Source: Candidatus Latescibacterota bacterium
GTDB taxonomy: Bacteria > Latescibacterota > CBDEFO01
Direction of reading: 5' to 3'
Assembly: GCA_965237525.1 (NCBI GenBank)
Contig: CBDEFO010000008.1
Coordinates: 1,966,146-2,030,145 of the forward strand
Length of the DNA: 64,000 nt
Shown here: piece after piece, positions 29,682-40,424 of the stretch
How the letters are laid out: every line of letters begins with the position of its first letter
Numbering within the stretch: position 1 is the first letter of the stretch
Notes under the pieces: generated by a model
Seen by the model: the letters and a program-made list of their open reading frames with translations, nothing else
What the model was told of the DNA's origin: nothing
The model's database searches: none
Translations under genes and position numbers: made by a program

Positions 29682-31344
29682 ATGAAGAGAGCGCTCTTGA
29701 TGATCGGGGGAGAGTATCATCTGTTTGAAAGCTGCGGTCAGATCCTGGCCGAGCGCTTGCAACAGACAGGGTGCCTGCCACCTCACGATCACGAGCGATC
29801 GACGGGCTCTGACAGCCCTCTCATCTTACGATCTAGTGATTGTCTACACACAGGGCGGCACATTGACTGAGGAACAGGAAGATGATCTGTGCGGATTCGT
29901 CGAATCCGGGGGCGGGCTTATCGGGATTCACTGTGCATCTGACTCATTCCTCTGTAATGAGCGCTACTTGGAGATGCTTGGCTGTCGCTTTATTACCCAC
30001 CCGCGCATCACTGAATTTGAGATAAAGATCGTCGATCACGATCACGATATCACCCGTCGTTGTCCCGACTTTCGTGTGACGGATGAGTTCTATATGCTGG
30101 AGATGAAAGGAGCGCCTGTGCACCTCCTGGCCAGCGCGAAGTGGCAGTTCGAGACACATCCTATGGCCTACGCAAAACAGTATGGTCAGGGTCACGTCTT
30201 TTATGTGGCCGCAGGCCACGATGAGCGCACCTTTGGCCACTCGACGTTCCAGAAGCTTCTCTTTCGAGCGGTGCGTTGGGTCACTCTACAGCCGGAGGGT
30301 CGTCCGGTGCGATGTGCCATTGTGGGCTATGGAGAAACCGTCGTGGGCGGGCAAACCTACTATTGGCCAAAACGCTACCACGCCGATGCTATCCGCAAGG
30401 TGCCAGGGTCAATCCTGGCCGGTATCTGTGACACTAACCCTGCCCGCCTCGATGCTGCGCGGCAAGAGTTTCCGGATGTGGTGACGTTTTCTTCTGTGGA
30501 GGACACGATCGCTGCGGATGGCGTGGATTTGTGCGTCGTTGCCACACCTCATCACCTACACGGGCCCATTGCCCTGCAGTTGCTTGAGGCCGGCAAACAT
30601 GTCGTCTGTGAGAAACCGTTTTGCCTTACAACAGCCGAAGCGGATGCCATGATTCAGGCAGCGCGTGCAAATGGTGTGATGCTCTCTGCATACCATAACA
30701 GACGTTGGGATGGGGACTTTATGCGCATACGGGAGATCGTTCAGAGCGGGATGATCGGCGATATCTTCCATATTGAAGCCTTCGCTCCGATCACAAATAG
30801 ATCATTTGAGCATCCCGGTCATCTGTGGCGGTCTCATAAGCCAATCTCTGGGGGTGCGCTGTACGATTGGGGCTCACATTTTCTGGATTGGATCCTGCTG
30901 CTGCTCATGCCGTGGGAGATCGAGAATGTGCTTGGCATAGTGCACAAGCGTGTCTGGACCGACGTCACCATCGAGGATCAAGTCCAGGTAATCGTCCGCT
31001 TTGAAGGTGGCCGCAATGCCGATCTCCAACTATCGGACATTGCTGCTGTCCATAAGCCCAAGTGGCGCATTCTGGGCACACGCGGAGGAATCCTGGTCGA
31101 TGAATATGGTGGTGACGCCACCGTTAGGGTGAGTTCCTTCACGAATGATATGCTGGATGAACAGGTGCTGCAGGTTCCGGAGCGGCGATGGGAATCATAC
31201 TATGAGAACATCGCTGATCATCTTCTAAGCGGCGAGCCATTGATTGTCACGCCGGAGGCTGCCCGCCGGGTTATCGCCGTTATAGAAGCAGCCATGCGGT
31301 CGGCAGAGAGCGGGCAACTGGAACCGGTAGCTGACGAAATCTAG
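29682..31344 (+). pseudogene. ThuA-like domain plus Gfo/Idh/MocA oxidoreductase fusion, frameshifted near 29780
   Basis: MKRALLMIGGEYH in one frame; FVESGGGLIGIH, TDEFY, AIVGYG, GKHVVCEKP, HNRRWD, GGALYDWGSH in the other. Confidence 0.8.
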
Positions 31345-31410
31345 ATTGACCCTAAAATCGGGGGATCAGGGATGTCAAGGGAGAAAGGCATAAACCAGGC
31401 AAGACACCTT

Positions 31411-31560
31411 TATTCTTATTTAGCTAAGGACATCTCAGGAGAGGGGAACTGCGGCATTTCCCAACTAATCTGTGATAGGATTTCATGGCATCTCTGGATT
31501 CCCGTTTGCACGGGAATGACAATCATTCATGAAATTGCCGCGCTTCCTGAAATTGAGGGG
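31411..31560. repeat. AGGAGAGGGGAACTGC...GGATTCCCG-N-CGGGAATGAC repeat, copy 1
   Basis: Further copies at 33090-33245 and 35558-35660. Confidence 0.8.
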
Positions 31561-31613
31561 ACTTCTTTCTCATCTCTTCAAACATCTCCATGTTTTCCAC
31601 ATCTTCTATCCGC

Positions 31614-31709
31614 TCTAACATCTGCCTGTGCTCGCGTATGTGACACTTAAAATATGACAGTCCCCGGCCTGGGGACCGGCGTTATAAGCTGACCGCAGGC
31701 AGCGGAGAT
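31614..31709 (-). repeat. 96-bp diverged duplicate of the rlmN 3' end (35662-35757)
   Basis: Colinear; encodes ISAACGQL(I/V)TPVPRPGTVIF*. Confidence 0.92.
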
Positions 31710-31836
31710 TATCGCGTTCTGCCGAGAACATCTGGCTCACTTCAAATGCCCGGATGCCGTGGAGTTCGGTGAACTGCCTAAAACCTCCACTGGCAAAGTA
31801 CAGAAATACGTGTTACGCGAGAAACGAATCAACTAA
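31699..31836 (+). pseudogene. 3' fragment of an AMP-binding acyl-CoA synthetase
   Basis: AEIIAFCREHLAHFKCPDAVEFGELPKTSTGKVQKYVLRE. Confidence 0.85.
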
Positions 31837-31911
31837 TTCGGCTTGCGGAGTACTCTCTGGCTGCCATTTCTATTGGCATTTCTATTTTGCGAACCGACAT
31901 TGGAGGACGTG

Positions 31912-33081
31912 ATGTATACAGGTTTCGATTTCTATAAACTGGATAGCCAGCTAAGCGAAGAACAGCGCCATCTACGCAATCAGGTGCAGACGTACGTTGA
32001 GCATCACGTGCATCCCTATATCAATCCATATTGGGAGCGGGCTGAGTTTCCCTACGAAATCGTCATGGGTTTGAAAGACCTACGTATTATGGGTGGAGCC
32101 CTAAAAGGGTATGGTTGCGCCGGTCTCGATTCACTGGCAATGGGATTGGTCGCGTGTGAACTGGCCAGGAGAGATGGTTCAGTTTGTACCTTCTATATCG
32201 TCCACTCGGGGTTGGCCATGGGATCTATTGGGTTACTAGGTTCTGAGGAACAGCGTGAGCGCTGGCTACCCAAAATGGCACTATTAGAAAAAATCGGTGG
32301 GTTCGGACTGACCGAGCCTGAGCGTGGCTCCGACGGTTCTCATGTGCTAACCTCCGCTCGCCGTGAGGGAAAGAACTATATCCTGAATGGGGCCAAGTGC
32401 TGGATTGGCAATGCTTCTATTGCTGACTTGATTATCATCTGGGCCAGAGATGAGGAAGGCGGGTTCGGCGGTTTTGTCCTTGAGAATCCTCGTGAAGTCG
32501 AGGGGGTAAAGATCGAGGATATTACCGGTAAGATCACCATGCGTGCGGTTCCCACTTCCCACATCACACTTGAAAACGTCCGGATTCCCGACGCCAATCG
32601 GTTGGCTGGGAGCCACTCCTGTCGCGACACAGCCAGGGTGCTCACTTACAATCGCTATGCGGTTGTCTGGGAAGCCCTTGGGTTAGCCGCAGCCGCCTTT
32701 GAACGGGCGTTAAAGTATACCAAAGAACGAGAGCAGTTCGGACGACCACTTGCCGGCTTCCAACTAATCGAGGAGAAGCTGGTAGAAATGGCCGCTGAAC
32801 TAACTCAGATGCAATTACTGTGTTTTCAACTTGCACGGCTTATGGCAACCGATCAGATGAGCGAGGGCATGGTATCTCTGGCTAAGTACAACAATGCCCG
32901 AAAAGCTCGCCACATTGTTCAGCTGGCTCGGGAAGCCATGGGAGCAAGCGGCGTGCTCCTCGAAAATCACGTTGCTCGTTTCTTTACCGATGCCGAGGCT
33001 ATTTACACCTACGAAGGCACCAATGAGATTAACATGCTTATTGCTGGCCGCGAAATTACAGGGATAAATGCAATCGTCTGA
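31912..33081 (+). CDS. Acyl-CoA dehydrogenase (glutaryl-CoA dehydrogenase-like)
   Basis: FGLTEPERGSD, LNGAKCWIGN, REQFGRPLAGFQL, YTYEGTNEI. Confidence 0.93.
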   Translation: MYTGFDFYKLDSQLSEEQRHLRNQVQTYVEHHVHPYINPYWERAEFPYEIVMGLKDLRIMGGALKGYGCAGLDSLAMGLVACELARRDGSVCTFYIVHSGLAMGSIGLLGSEEQRERWLPKMALLEKIGGFGLTEPERGSDGSHVLTSARREGKNYILNGAKCWIGNASIADLIIIWARDEEGGFGGFVLENPREVEGVKIEDITGKITMRAVPTSHITLENVRIPDANRLAGSHSCRDTARVLTYNRYAVVWEALGLAAAAFERALKYTKEREQFGRPLAGFQLIEEKLVEMAAELTQMQLLCFQLARLMATDQMSEGMVSLAKYNNARKARHIVQLAREAMGASGVLLENHVARFFTDAEAIYTYEGTNEINMLIAGREITGINAIV

Positions 33082-33089
33082 TCAGTGAA

Positions 33090-33245
33090 GTTATTTAGCT
33101 AAGGACGTCTCAGGAGAGGGGAACTGCGGCATTTCGCAACTAACAGGTAATAGGGTTTCATGGCATCCCTGGATTCCCGTGGAAACGGGAATGACATGCG
33201 TTCATGAGATTGTCGCGCTTCCTGTCAGGAGAGGGGAACTGCCAC
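33090..33245. repeat. AGGAGAGGGGAACTGC repeat, copy 2
   Basis: Similar to 31411-31560. Confidence 0.8.
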
Positions 33246-33911
33246 TTTTTCCAATTAGAGTATGACAGTTAAAATATCACAGTTTATCCTCCCTTACATA
33301 GTGGAGGGCTTGATGCCAGTAGAGTGTTGCTCTACCCAAAAATGCGAGTACCATTATTAGAGATAGTGAAGCGAAGATCAAGTTTATATGGATTGATGGT
33401 TTAACTGTAGATACAATTGCTCCGAAAATTGTGAATGAAACTGAATAAGAGGCACACCAAACAGGATTGAGCCACGCGTACCGCTTCAGTGCATTAAGAA
33501 TACCTTCGTTATCATCTTCTTCCCTAGCAGCACTTCGACGCATATTTATGAAAGCGATCATACCTGAAAAGCTCATAAATGCCATAGTAAAAAACCAAGC
33601 TTGTAGATCCAAATTAATTGAACGGATCAATAGCAGTTCGGTTGCTCCAAGAATGAAGGGAATAATAGAGTCTTTGAGGGTTGGAATCCAAACGAATATG
33701 GTGGATCCCATCCTATATTCATCCCAAACGTTTACTAATACTAGAAACGTTGTAGCAACTAAAATCCATTCGATTATTCGAAGGCATTTTAGGTTTTCAT
33801 CAACATGTGTAACGAGGTAACCCAGGGTGGCAGCTTGGATAATACTTATTAATGTTAAGTATGTAGATGAAAATGAAGCCCGAAGTAATTTAAGAGTTCT
33901 CTCCTTATTAG

Positions 33912-35430
33912 AAGCCTTGTGAAATAGTTATGTCCCAGGCAGCGTCTGAAGCGCCGATTATGGGTCAAAGAGTAGCATATCGTATCGTTTTGCTGTGGAA
34001 TAAGCAAAATAGTCTTATCAGAGTTCTGGTCAGCAAGGAATAGGAGCTGTTTGAAGAACAGGATGCACTGTCTTTGACAGACAGGGCACACATAGACGCT
34101 TTCCCCCTTCTTATGAAAGATACAAGCCTCTTGAGATTCTGTACTGTTGCAACAAGATTCAACTGTTCATTCAGTGAGGCTGGTCCTCTATAACGGGCTC
34201 GTCCCATACCGTGTTGTTGCCTGGCTTCAGCAAAGATATGTTCACTGCGTTTACGGAGTCTCCGGGAGAGTTTGTAGTCAGCTGTTAATGAGATAGACCG
34301 TGCATGATTTCTGGCTTTCGCCTCTCGCACTTTTCTATCCCGTTCGGCCTGAATATGTGCTGGATTTGTCTTGTTTTTCCATGTAGGAATCGGTTCAATC
34401 TTCTCATCGGCTCGCAGAGGAATATGGGGTATGATTCCCCGGTCAAGTACATCAGCGATAAAATTACCAGAACCGTAACCGGTATCGGCACTAAGTGTCT
34501 GAATGTCTTTGGGCATGGTGTATGTTTCAAGGTCATCTACCATCTTAAGGGCACTTTCGGGCTCTGCTGTCCCTGTCGCCTGCGTGCCCTGAGTCTCAAG
34601 GATTACTCTGCTTTTTGTGTCGATCAGATCATGGCCCATAAACGAGAGAAAAGCCCCTTTGCCCTTCGATTTGCTGTATAAGCGCGCGTCGGGGTCTGTA
34701 GTCGAACGGTGTGTTTGGTTCGTCCACTTTTCACCATGAAAGTCTTTATCCTGAGGATGCCCGGACCTACCCTTTGTCTTATCACCTTCAAAACCGATTC
34801 CCTTGAGATAATCATCAAGAGAAACAGGGGGTTCTATCGGCTCAATACTTTTCACTGAAGCATCAGCTTGTATCTGAGTGCCGTCGACACTAAGGTGTTT
34901 ACCGCTCACAAGACCGACATCTATGCAACACTGGACTACCTGACGCATTATCCGTTCAAACAACCCACTGGATGCCCACTTGTGATTGCGAAGCTTGTTG
35001 ATCGTGCTCCTATCCGGAACCGCATCCTCAAATGTCTGATGACAAAACAACCGATATGCCGCATGCATCCCCACTTCCTGACAGAGCCGATTCTCACTCA
35101 AATTATACAGATAGCCAATAAGGATCATTCGAACAACTAATTCAGGATCAATACCGGGTCTGCCATTGTCAGGGCAATAACAATCTGATACAACGTCTCG
35201 TACAAATGAAAAATCAACTGCCTCATCAATCTGACGAAGGATATGATCCTCGGGAACTAAATCCTCCATCTGAAAATAGTGAAACATCGGATTTGTCTGT
35301 TCCTGCTTTTGTGGGGTCATTGTTTCCTCCATGTATAATATTATCAATAACATAATATAATACATCGGAGCTGCTTTATCAATACTTGTTCTATACTACT
35401 TTCTGAATCTAAGGGTTTTTCACAAGGCTT
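33912..35430 (-). mobile_element. IS1182-family insertion sequence, copy 1 (1519 bp)
   Basis: TIR AAGCCTTGTGAAA; TSD TTAG. Confidence 0.93.
33965..35365 (-). CDS. IS1182-family DDE transposase
   Basis: VPEDHILR, GRPGIDP, VPDRST, VDGTQIQADAS, TDPDAR, ADTGY, EHIFAE, NLKRL. Confidence 0.93.
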   Translation of the reverse strand: MYYIMLLIILYMEETMTPQKQEQTNPMFHYFQMEDLVPEDHILRQIDEAVDFSFVRDVVSDCYCPDNGRPGIDPELVVRMILIGYLYNLSENRLCQEVGMHAAYRLFCHQTFEDAVPDRSTINKLRNHKWASSGLFERIMRQVVQCCIDVGLVSGKHLSVDGTQIQADASVKSIEPIEPPVSLDDYLKGIGFEGDKTKGRSGHPQDKDFHGEKWTNQTHRSTTDPDARLYSKSKGKGAFLSFMGHDLIDTKSRVILETQGTQATGTAEPESALKMVDDLETYTMPKDIQTLSADTGYGSGNFIADVLDRGIIPHIPLRADEKIEPIPTWKNKTNPAHIQAERDRKVREAKARNHARSISLTADYKLSRRLRKRSEHIFAEARQQHGMGRARYRGPASLNEQLNLVATVQNLKRLVSFIRRGKASMCALSVKDSASCSSNSSYSLLTRTLIRLFCLFHSKTIRYATL

Positions 35431-35557
35431 TTAGAGACTTTAAAATTGTCCTTCATAGCATACCTCCAGAAGTTTGGTATGATATATCTTATGAGCGGCC
35501 AGGGATGGCGAGACAGAGGAAGACAAGCCAGCGCAACATGCCTTCATGTTTAGGTAC

Positions 35558-35660
35558 TTGAGGACATTTGAGGAGAGGGGAACTGCCGCATTTGCTAACT
35601 AACAGGTAATAGGGTTTCCTGGCGTCCCTGGATTCCCGTTTTCACGGGAATGACATTCAT
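35558..35660. repeat. AGGAGAGGGGAACTGC repeat, copy 3
   Basis: Similar to 33090-33245. Confidence 0.75.
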
Positions 35661-35694
35661 TTCTAACATCTCCTTGTGCTCACGTATATGACAC

Positions 35695-36789
35695 TTAAAA
35701 TATGACAGTCCCTGGCCTGGGGACCGGTGTTACGAGCTGACCGCAGGCAGCGGAGATGTCTCTACCCTTACTCTCTCTGAGTGTGGCTGTTATATGGCTG
35801 GCAATCAATATCTCCCGAAAGCTCTCTATCCGCTCTCTGGAAGGGCGTTCAAATTCAGCTTCAAGGTCGGGGTTATAAGGTATGAGGTTCACTTTGGACG
35901 GAAGACTCTTGACTAATTTAGCCAGCCTTCTGGCGTCGTCGTCAGAGTCCGTCTCTCCTTTTATAAGGACGTACTCAAATGTGATCCAGCGCCCGGTCTT
36001 GTGGGCAAACTCCCTCCCAGCGTTGATAAGCTCCTGGATAGGATATTTGCCGTTGATCGGCATCAGCCTTTCCCTGTTCTTATCCGTAGTCCCGTTCAGG
36101 GATATGGCGAGGCCTACCTTGAGCCCTTCGTCTCTGAGCCGATCTATGCCGGGCACAAATCCGGCTGTGGAGACGGTTATCTTGCGAGCGCCAATCCCGA
36201 GTCCCATCTCCAGACCCATGAGCCTTATCGCCCTGACCACGTTCTTGTAGTTCAAGAGCGGCTCTCCCATACCCATCATCACCACGTTGGTGATGCCGTC
36301 GTCTATCTCTTGCTGATGCCTCCTGACGGATATGAGCTGATCTATAATCTCTGCAGCAGAGAGGTTCCTTACCAGCCCCATCCTTGCGGTCGAACAGAAT
36401 GTGCATCCCAGAGCACACCCGACCTGAGAGGATACGCAGACTGTCCTGCGTTTCCCCTCGATGATCAGGACGCTCTCTATCGTGAGTCCATCCTCAAGTT
36501 GGAAGAGGAACTTTACGGTCTTACCGTCGGACGATGTCTGCCTTTCGATCTCTTTCAGACTGCTCACAGTCGCAATCTCTCGCAACTTATGTCTGAACTC
36601 TTTGGAGAGGTCGGTCATCAGGTCAAAGTCAGCCGCGCCTTTGTCGTGTATCCACGCAAGGAGCTGCTTGTGCCTGTACTCCTCCTTACCAAGCAGGGCA
36701 ATAAAAGCTCTCAACTCATCGGGCAGCAGACCCTTGAGATCTACTCGTGTGTCAGAGTTGGTATTGTGCTTCACAGGAGAAAGTTTCAT
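35695..36789 (-). CDS. rlmN: Dual-specificity RNA methyltransferase RlmN (radical SAM)
   Basis: CVSSQVGCALGCTFC, MGMGEPL, ITVSTAG, ITFEY, VNLIPYN, GRDISAACGQL. Confidence 0.97.
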   Translation of the reverse strand: MKLSPVKHNTNSDTRVDLKGLLPDELRAFIALLGKEEYRHKQLLAWIHDKGAADFDLMTDLSKEFRHKLREIATVSSLKEIERQTSSDGKTVKFLFQLEDGLTIESVLIIEGKRRTVCVSSQVGCALGCTFCSTARMGLVRNLSAAEIIDQLISVRRHQQEIDDGITNVVMMGMGEPLLNYKNVVRAIRLMGLEMGLGIGARKITVSTAGFVPGIDRLRDEGLKVGLAISLNGTTDKNRERLMPINGKYPIQELINAGREFAHKTGRWITFEYVLIKGETDSDDDARRLAKLVKSLPSKVNLIPYNPDLEAEFERPSRERIESFREILIASHITATLRESKGRDISAACGQLVTPVPRPGTVIF

Positions 36790-36956
36790 TTGTATTACCT
36801 TTGTATTACCTTACCGAAAAAGTTAGCTTCGAATGTGCACTATATCTTCCGCTCTAACGACAGCAGGTGAAATCTGTAGATCCTGACATACCATATTAAC
36901 AGATGGCGCCAAACCCAGAAAACGTTTCGGCCGTGAAGGTCGTGTGGATCGTTCTC

Positions 36957-37328
36957 TCAGGGTCGAGTGGAGCGATTCAACAACACTGATACGTTATCGC
37001 TTTCCAGGTTGGACACAGTTAGGTCATTGTCGCCGTCACCATCGAAATCTGCGATGAATACTGATGTGGGATTGAGTCCAGCATCGTAGTCCACCTTGGG
37101 GGCAAATGTACCGTCTCCATTATTCATCAGCACAGACACATTATGGCTGTACCGGTTAGCCACAGCCAGGTCATTGTCTCCGTCACCATCGAAATCTGCG
37201 ATGAATACTGAATGCGGGTCATCCCCTACGGGATAGTTGGTCGAGATTCAGAAAAGGTCCTTTGTATAGGAAGGAGAATTCAAAGCGGCCAGCAGTGTCA
37301 CGGCAATGTACACGGCTTTAGATCTCAT
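36957..37328 (-). pseudogene. Two-repeat FG-GAP mini-gene with signal peptide and in-frame TGA
   Basis: MRSKAVYIAVTLLAALNSPSYTKDLF*ISTNYPVGDDP...NRSTRP; 3' part duplicates 42692-42947. Confidence 0.75.
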
Positions 37329-37476
37329 TTTGGTCCTTCTTTCTTTGGTTGCTTAAACTGGAGGTCCCTAACTCCATAGAAATCTCTTGCCATGATCGTC
37401 TGTCATAGACCACACAACATAGTGTTATGTTTCTATATAAGGGCACTTATCATATATAGATGGTACCCAACAAATT

Positions 37477-37508
37477 GGCCCTTCCGCTAGTGGAAGGGCC
37501 TTGTTTTA
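37477..37508 (+). terminator. Hairpin / probable intrinsic terminator
   Basis: ggcccttcc-gctagt-ggaagggcc followed by ttgtttt. Confidence 0.55.
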
Positions 37509-37571
37509 CCCACTTGGTGCTTGTTTATCTACTGTTGTGGTCTTCTATCTTCTATGTTCTTCTTTTCTTAG

Positions 37572-39090
37572 AAGCCTTGTGAAAAACCCTTAGATTCAGA
37601 AAGTAGTATAGAACAAGCATTGATAAAGCAGCTCCGATGTATTATATTATGTTATTGATAATATTATACATGGAGGAAACAATGACCCCACAAGAGCAGG
37701 AACAGACAAATCCGATGTTTCACTATTTTCAGATGGAGGATTTAGTTCCCGAGGATCATATCCTTCGTCAGATTGATGAGGCAGTTGATTTTTCATTTGT
37801 ACGAGACGTTGTATCAGATTGTTATTGCCCTGACAATGGCAGACCCGGTATTGATCCTGAATTAGTTGTTCGAATGATCCTTATTGGCTATCTGTATAAT
37901 TTGAGTGAGAATCGGCTCTGTCAGGAAGTGGGGATGCATGCGGCATATCGGTTGTTTTGTCATCAGACATTTGATGATGCGGTTCCGGATAGGAGCACGA
38001 TCAACAAGCTTCGCAATCACAAGTGGGCATCCAGTGGGTTGTTTGAACGGATAATGCGTCAGGTAGTCCAGTGTTGCATAGATGTCGGTCTTGTGAGCGG
38101 TAAACACCTTAGTGTCGACGGCACTCAGATACAAGCTGATGCTTCAGTGAAAAGTATTGAGCCGATAGAACCCCCTGTTTCTCTTGATGATTATCTCAAG
38201 GGAATCGGTTTTGAAGGTGATAAGACAAAGGGTAGGTCCGGGCATCCTCAGGATAAAGACTTTCATGGTGAAAAGTGGACGAACCAAACACACCGTTCGA
38301 CTACAGACCCCGACGCGCGCTTATACAGCAAATCGAAGGGCAAAGGGGCTTTTCTCTCGTTTATGGGCCATGATCTGATCGACACAAAAAGCAGAGTAAT
38401 CCTTGAGACTCAGGGCACGCAGGCGACAGGGACAGCAGAGCCCGAAAGTGCCCTTAAGATGGTAGATGACCTTGAAACATACACCATGCCCAAAGACATT
38501 CAGACACTTAGTGCCGATACCGGTTACGGTTCTGGTAATTTTATCGCTGATGTACTTGACCGGGGAATCATACCCCATATTCCTCTGCGAGCCGATGAGA
38601 AGATTGAACCGATTCCTACATGGAAAAACAAGACAAATTCAGCACATATTCAGGCCGAACGGGATAGAAAAGTGCGAGAGGCGAAAGCCAGAAATCATGC
38701 ACGGTCTATCTCATTAACAGCTGACTACAAACTCCCCCAGAGACTCCGTAAACGCAGTGAACATATCTTTGCTGAAGCCAGGCAACAACACGGTATGGGA
38801 CGAGCCCGTTATAGAGGACTAGCCTCACTGAATGAACAGTTGAATCTTGTTGCAACAGTACAGAATCTCAAGAGGCTTGTATCTTTCATAAGAAGGGGGA
38901 AAGCGTCTATGTGTGCCCTGTCTGTCAAAGACAGTGCATCCTGTTCTTCAAACAGCTCCTGTTCCTTGCTGACCAGAACTCTGATAAGACTATTTTGCTT
39001 ATTCCACAGCAAAACGATACGATATGCTACTCTTTGACCCATAATCGGCGCTTCAGACGCTGCCTGGGACATAACTATTTCACAAGGCTT
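37572..39090 (+). mobile_element. IS1182-family insertion sequence, copy 2 (1519 bp)
   Basis: TIR AAGCCTTGTGAAA; TSD TTAG, which contains the stop codon of 39091..39375. Confidence 0.93.
37637..39037 (+). CDS. IS1182-family DDE transposase
   Basis: Near-identical to 33965..35365. Confidence 0.93.
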   Translation: MYYIMLLIILYMEETMTPQEQEQTNPMFHYFQMEDLVPEDHILRQIDEAVDFSFVRDVVSDCYCPDNGRPGIDPELVVRMILIGYLYNLSENRLCQEVGMHAAYRLFCHQTFDDAVPDRSTINKLRNHKWASSGLFERIMRQVVQCCIDVGLVSGKHLSVDGTQIQADASVKSIEPIEPPVSLDDYLKGIGFEGDKTKGRSGHPQDKDFHGEKWTNQTHRSTTDPDARLYSKSKGKGAFLSFMGHDLIDTKSRVILETQGTQATGTAEPESALKMVDDLETYTMPKDIQTLSADTGYGSGNFIADVLDRGIIPHIPLRADEKIEPIPTWKNKTNSAHIQAERDRKVREAKARNHARSISLTADYKLPQRLRKRSEHIFAEARQQHGMGRARYRGLASLNEQLNLVATVQNLKRLVSFIRRGKASMCALSVKDSASCSSNSSCSLLTRTLIRLFCLFHSKTIRYATL

Positions 39091-39375
39091 TTAGACTGAC
39101 ACATCTTCAATCTTATCGAGGAAATATATGTCGGGCTGATCGGAGACACCGGCGCTCTCCATCGCCTGTCGCAAATCCTCAGATTGCACAAACTGGCGAG
39201 CCTTCTCCAGATCATCCCACTCAAACAGTCCCACAACCTCATTAGGGTCATCGGAACTGCGGAAGAGTTGTCCCCCTTTGGAACCGCCGGTCTGGCGTGT
39301 CGCCGCGTGCTCATCGAATGCCCGCTTCCACTTGGCGTAATCTTCGACTTTATGACGGACAAGTAAGTATGGCAT
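39091..39375 (-). CDS. Small dimeric alpha/beta-barrel protein (ABM/cyclase-like)
   Basis: VRHKVEDYAKWKRAFD...DDPNEV...FEWDD...AMESAGV; RBS AGGAGG. Confidence 0.75.
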   Translation of the reverse strand: MPYLLVRHKVEDYAKWKRAFDEHAATRQTGGSKGGQLFRSSDDPNEVVGLFEWDDLEKARQFVQSEDLRQAMESAGVSDQPDIYFLDKIEDVSV

Positions 39376-39650
39376 ACTGTATCACCTCCTTTTTGTAGAT
39401 ATTCTGATAACTACAGTACAGTTTCTTCACGATATACAAATCTTTAACGGTTGTCAACAAAACAACTTTCCTCAATAGACAAGAAAGCGGCGGAAACCGT
39501 GACAGCTCACCTAACTAAGAAAAAAACGGTCTCTCACGAATCAACACTTCCCTTTAACCCTTTTAATATGGATAAATAGGGTGAACACATAGCTTCAGTT
39601 CTACTGAATAAGCGAAAACGGTGGCATTTAGTTTAGTGAGTCTTGTGCCA

Positions 39651-40331
39651 CTATTCACATTTCGCGACTACAATCTCAGGTTTTACAGAGACTCCATTTC
39701 GGACCGAGTCGGACACGGGCGAGTACTTATAGCCCAACTTGGCGATCTTTCGTAAGGTCTCCTCATCCGCATCACCAGCGATGGTAATTTTGGCTCGCAA
39801 TTCAGAGATCCCCGGCCGAACCTTCGGATCTAATGCGAACAGGCCGTGCAAATCCAGATCGCTTTCTAGAGCTACATCGAATTGGTCGAGCTTGACTCCC
39901 ATCAACGCGGCGTTGGCGTTGCCTGCAGCAATGATGCACGTAGCAAGTGCATACATAAGTTCTTCTACAGCGCCGGGTGCCGCATCCGTCCCGCTCAGTT
40001 CAGCAGCTTCATCGCCCAAAAGGACAAATTGGCGCTCGGTCTGATGATGCATCGTGCCATCGATCTTGTAGCCGGTAAAGGTGGTGAAGCTTCGCATACC
40101 GTCCTGCCACTTGGAGTTAGAAAAGAAGGTTACACGACCGGAATCAGGATCGCCCTTCAGCTGCTCAATCAGACCACCTAATGCTTTTGTGTTTAAGCCA
40201 TTGACTATCTCGGCTTTCCCTTCGCCACCCGCATCTGCAGGGGGTGTGTCCCCTATATTAATGATCAGGACTCCCAAAAGGACAACAGTTGCCCCGAGGA
40301 TGCCCCAAACAGAGACTTGACGTGCTTTCAT
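39651..40331 (-). CDS. OsmC family protein with N-terminal signal/TM
   Basis: VNGLN, DEAAELSGTDAAP..VE...ALATC, DLDLHGLF, YSPV; start MKARQ after GGAGG. Confidence 0.8.
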   Translation of the reverse strand: MKARQVSVWGILGATVVLLGVLIINIGDTPPADAGGEGKAEIVNGLNTKALGGLIEQLKGDPDSGRVTFFSNSKWQDGMRSFTTFTGYKIDGTMHHQTERQFVLLGDEAAELSGTDAAPGAVEELMYALATCIIAAGNANAALMGVKLDQFDVALESDLDLHGLFALDPKVRPGISELRAKITIAGDADEETLRKIAKLGYKYSPVSDSVRNGVSVKPEIVVAKCE

Positions 40332-40424
40332 TTTTGCCTCCCTCCTGGCGCCACCGTTTCGCTTAATCGTTAATGCGACGTGCTTCATATTAACGGGACA
40401 TAATATACAAAAGAAGCGGCTTAA

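Larger units (their letters stand above)
33277..35456 (-). pseudogene. Low-GC multi-pass membrane protein gene interrupted by IS1182
   Basis: Removing 33912-35430 and one TTAG restores MKDNFKVSNKERTLKLLRASFSSTYLTLISIIQ...MGSTIFVWIP; RBS GGAGG. Confidence 0.8.

Noticed and set aside
37244..37252. Selenocysteine TGA in the FG-GAP mini-gene
   Set aside because: The position corresponds to Gly (LFG) in paralogs; no redox motif
37408..37465. NrdR-box-like sequences
   Set aside because: Poor fit to the consensus and no nrd genes nearby
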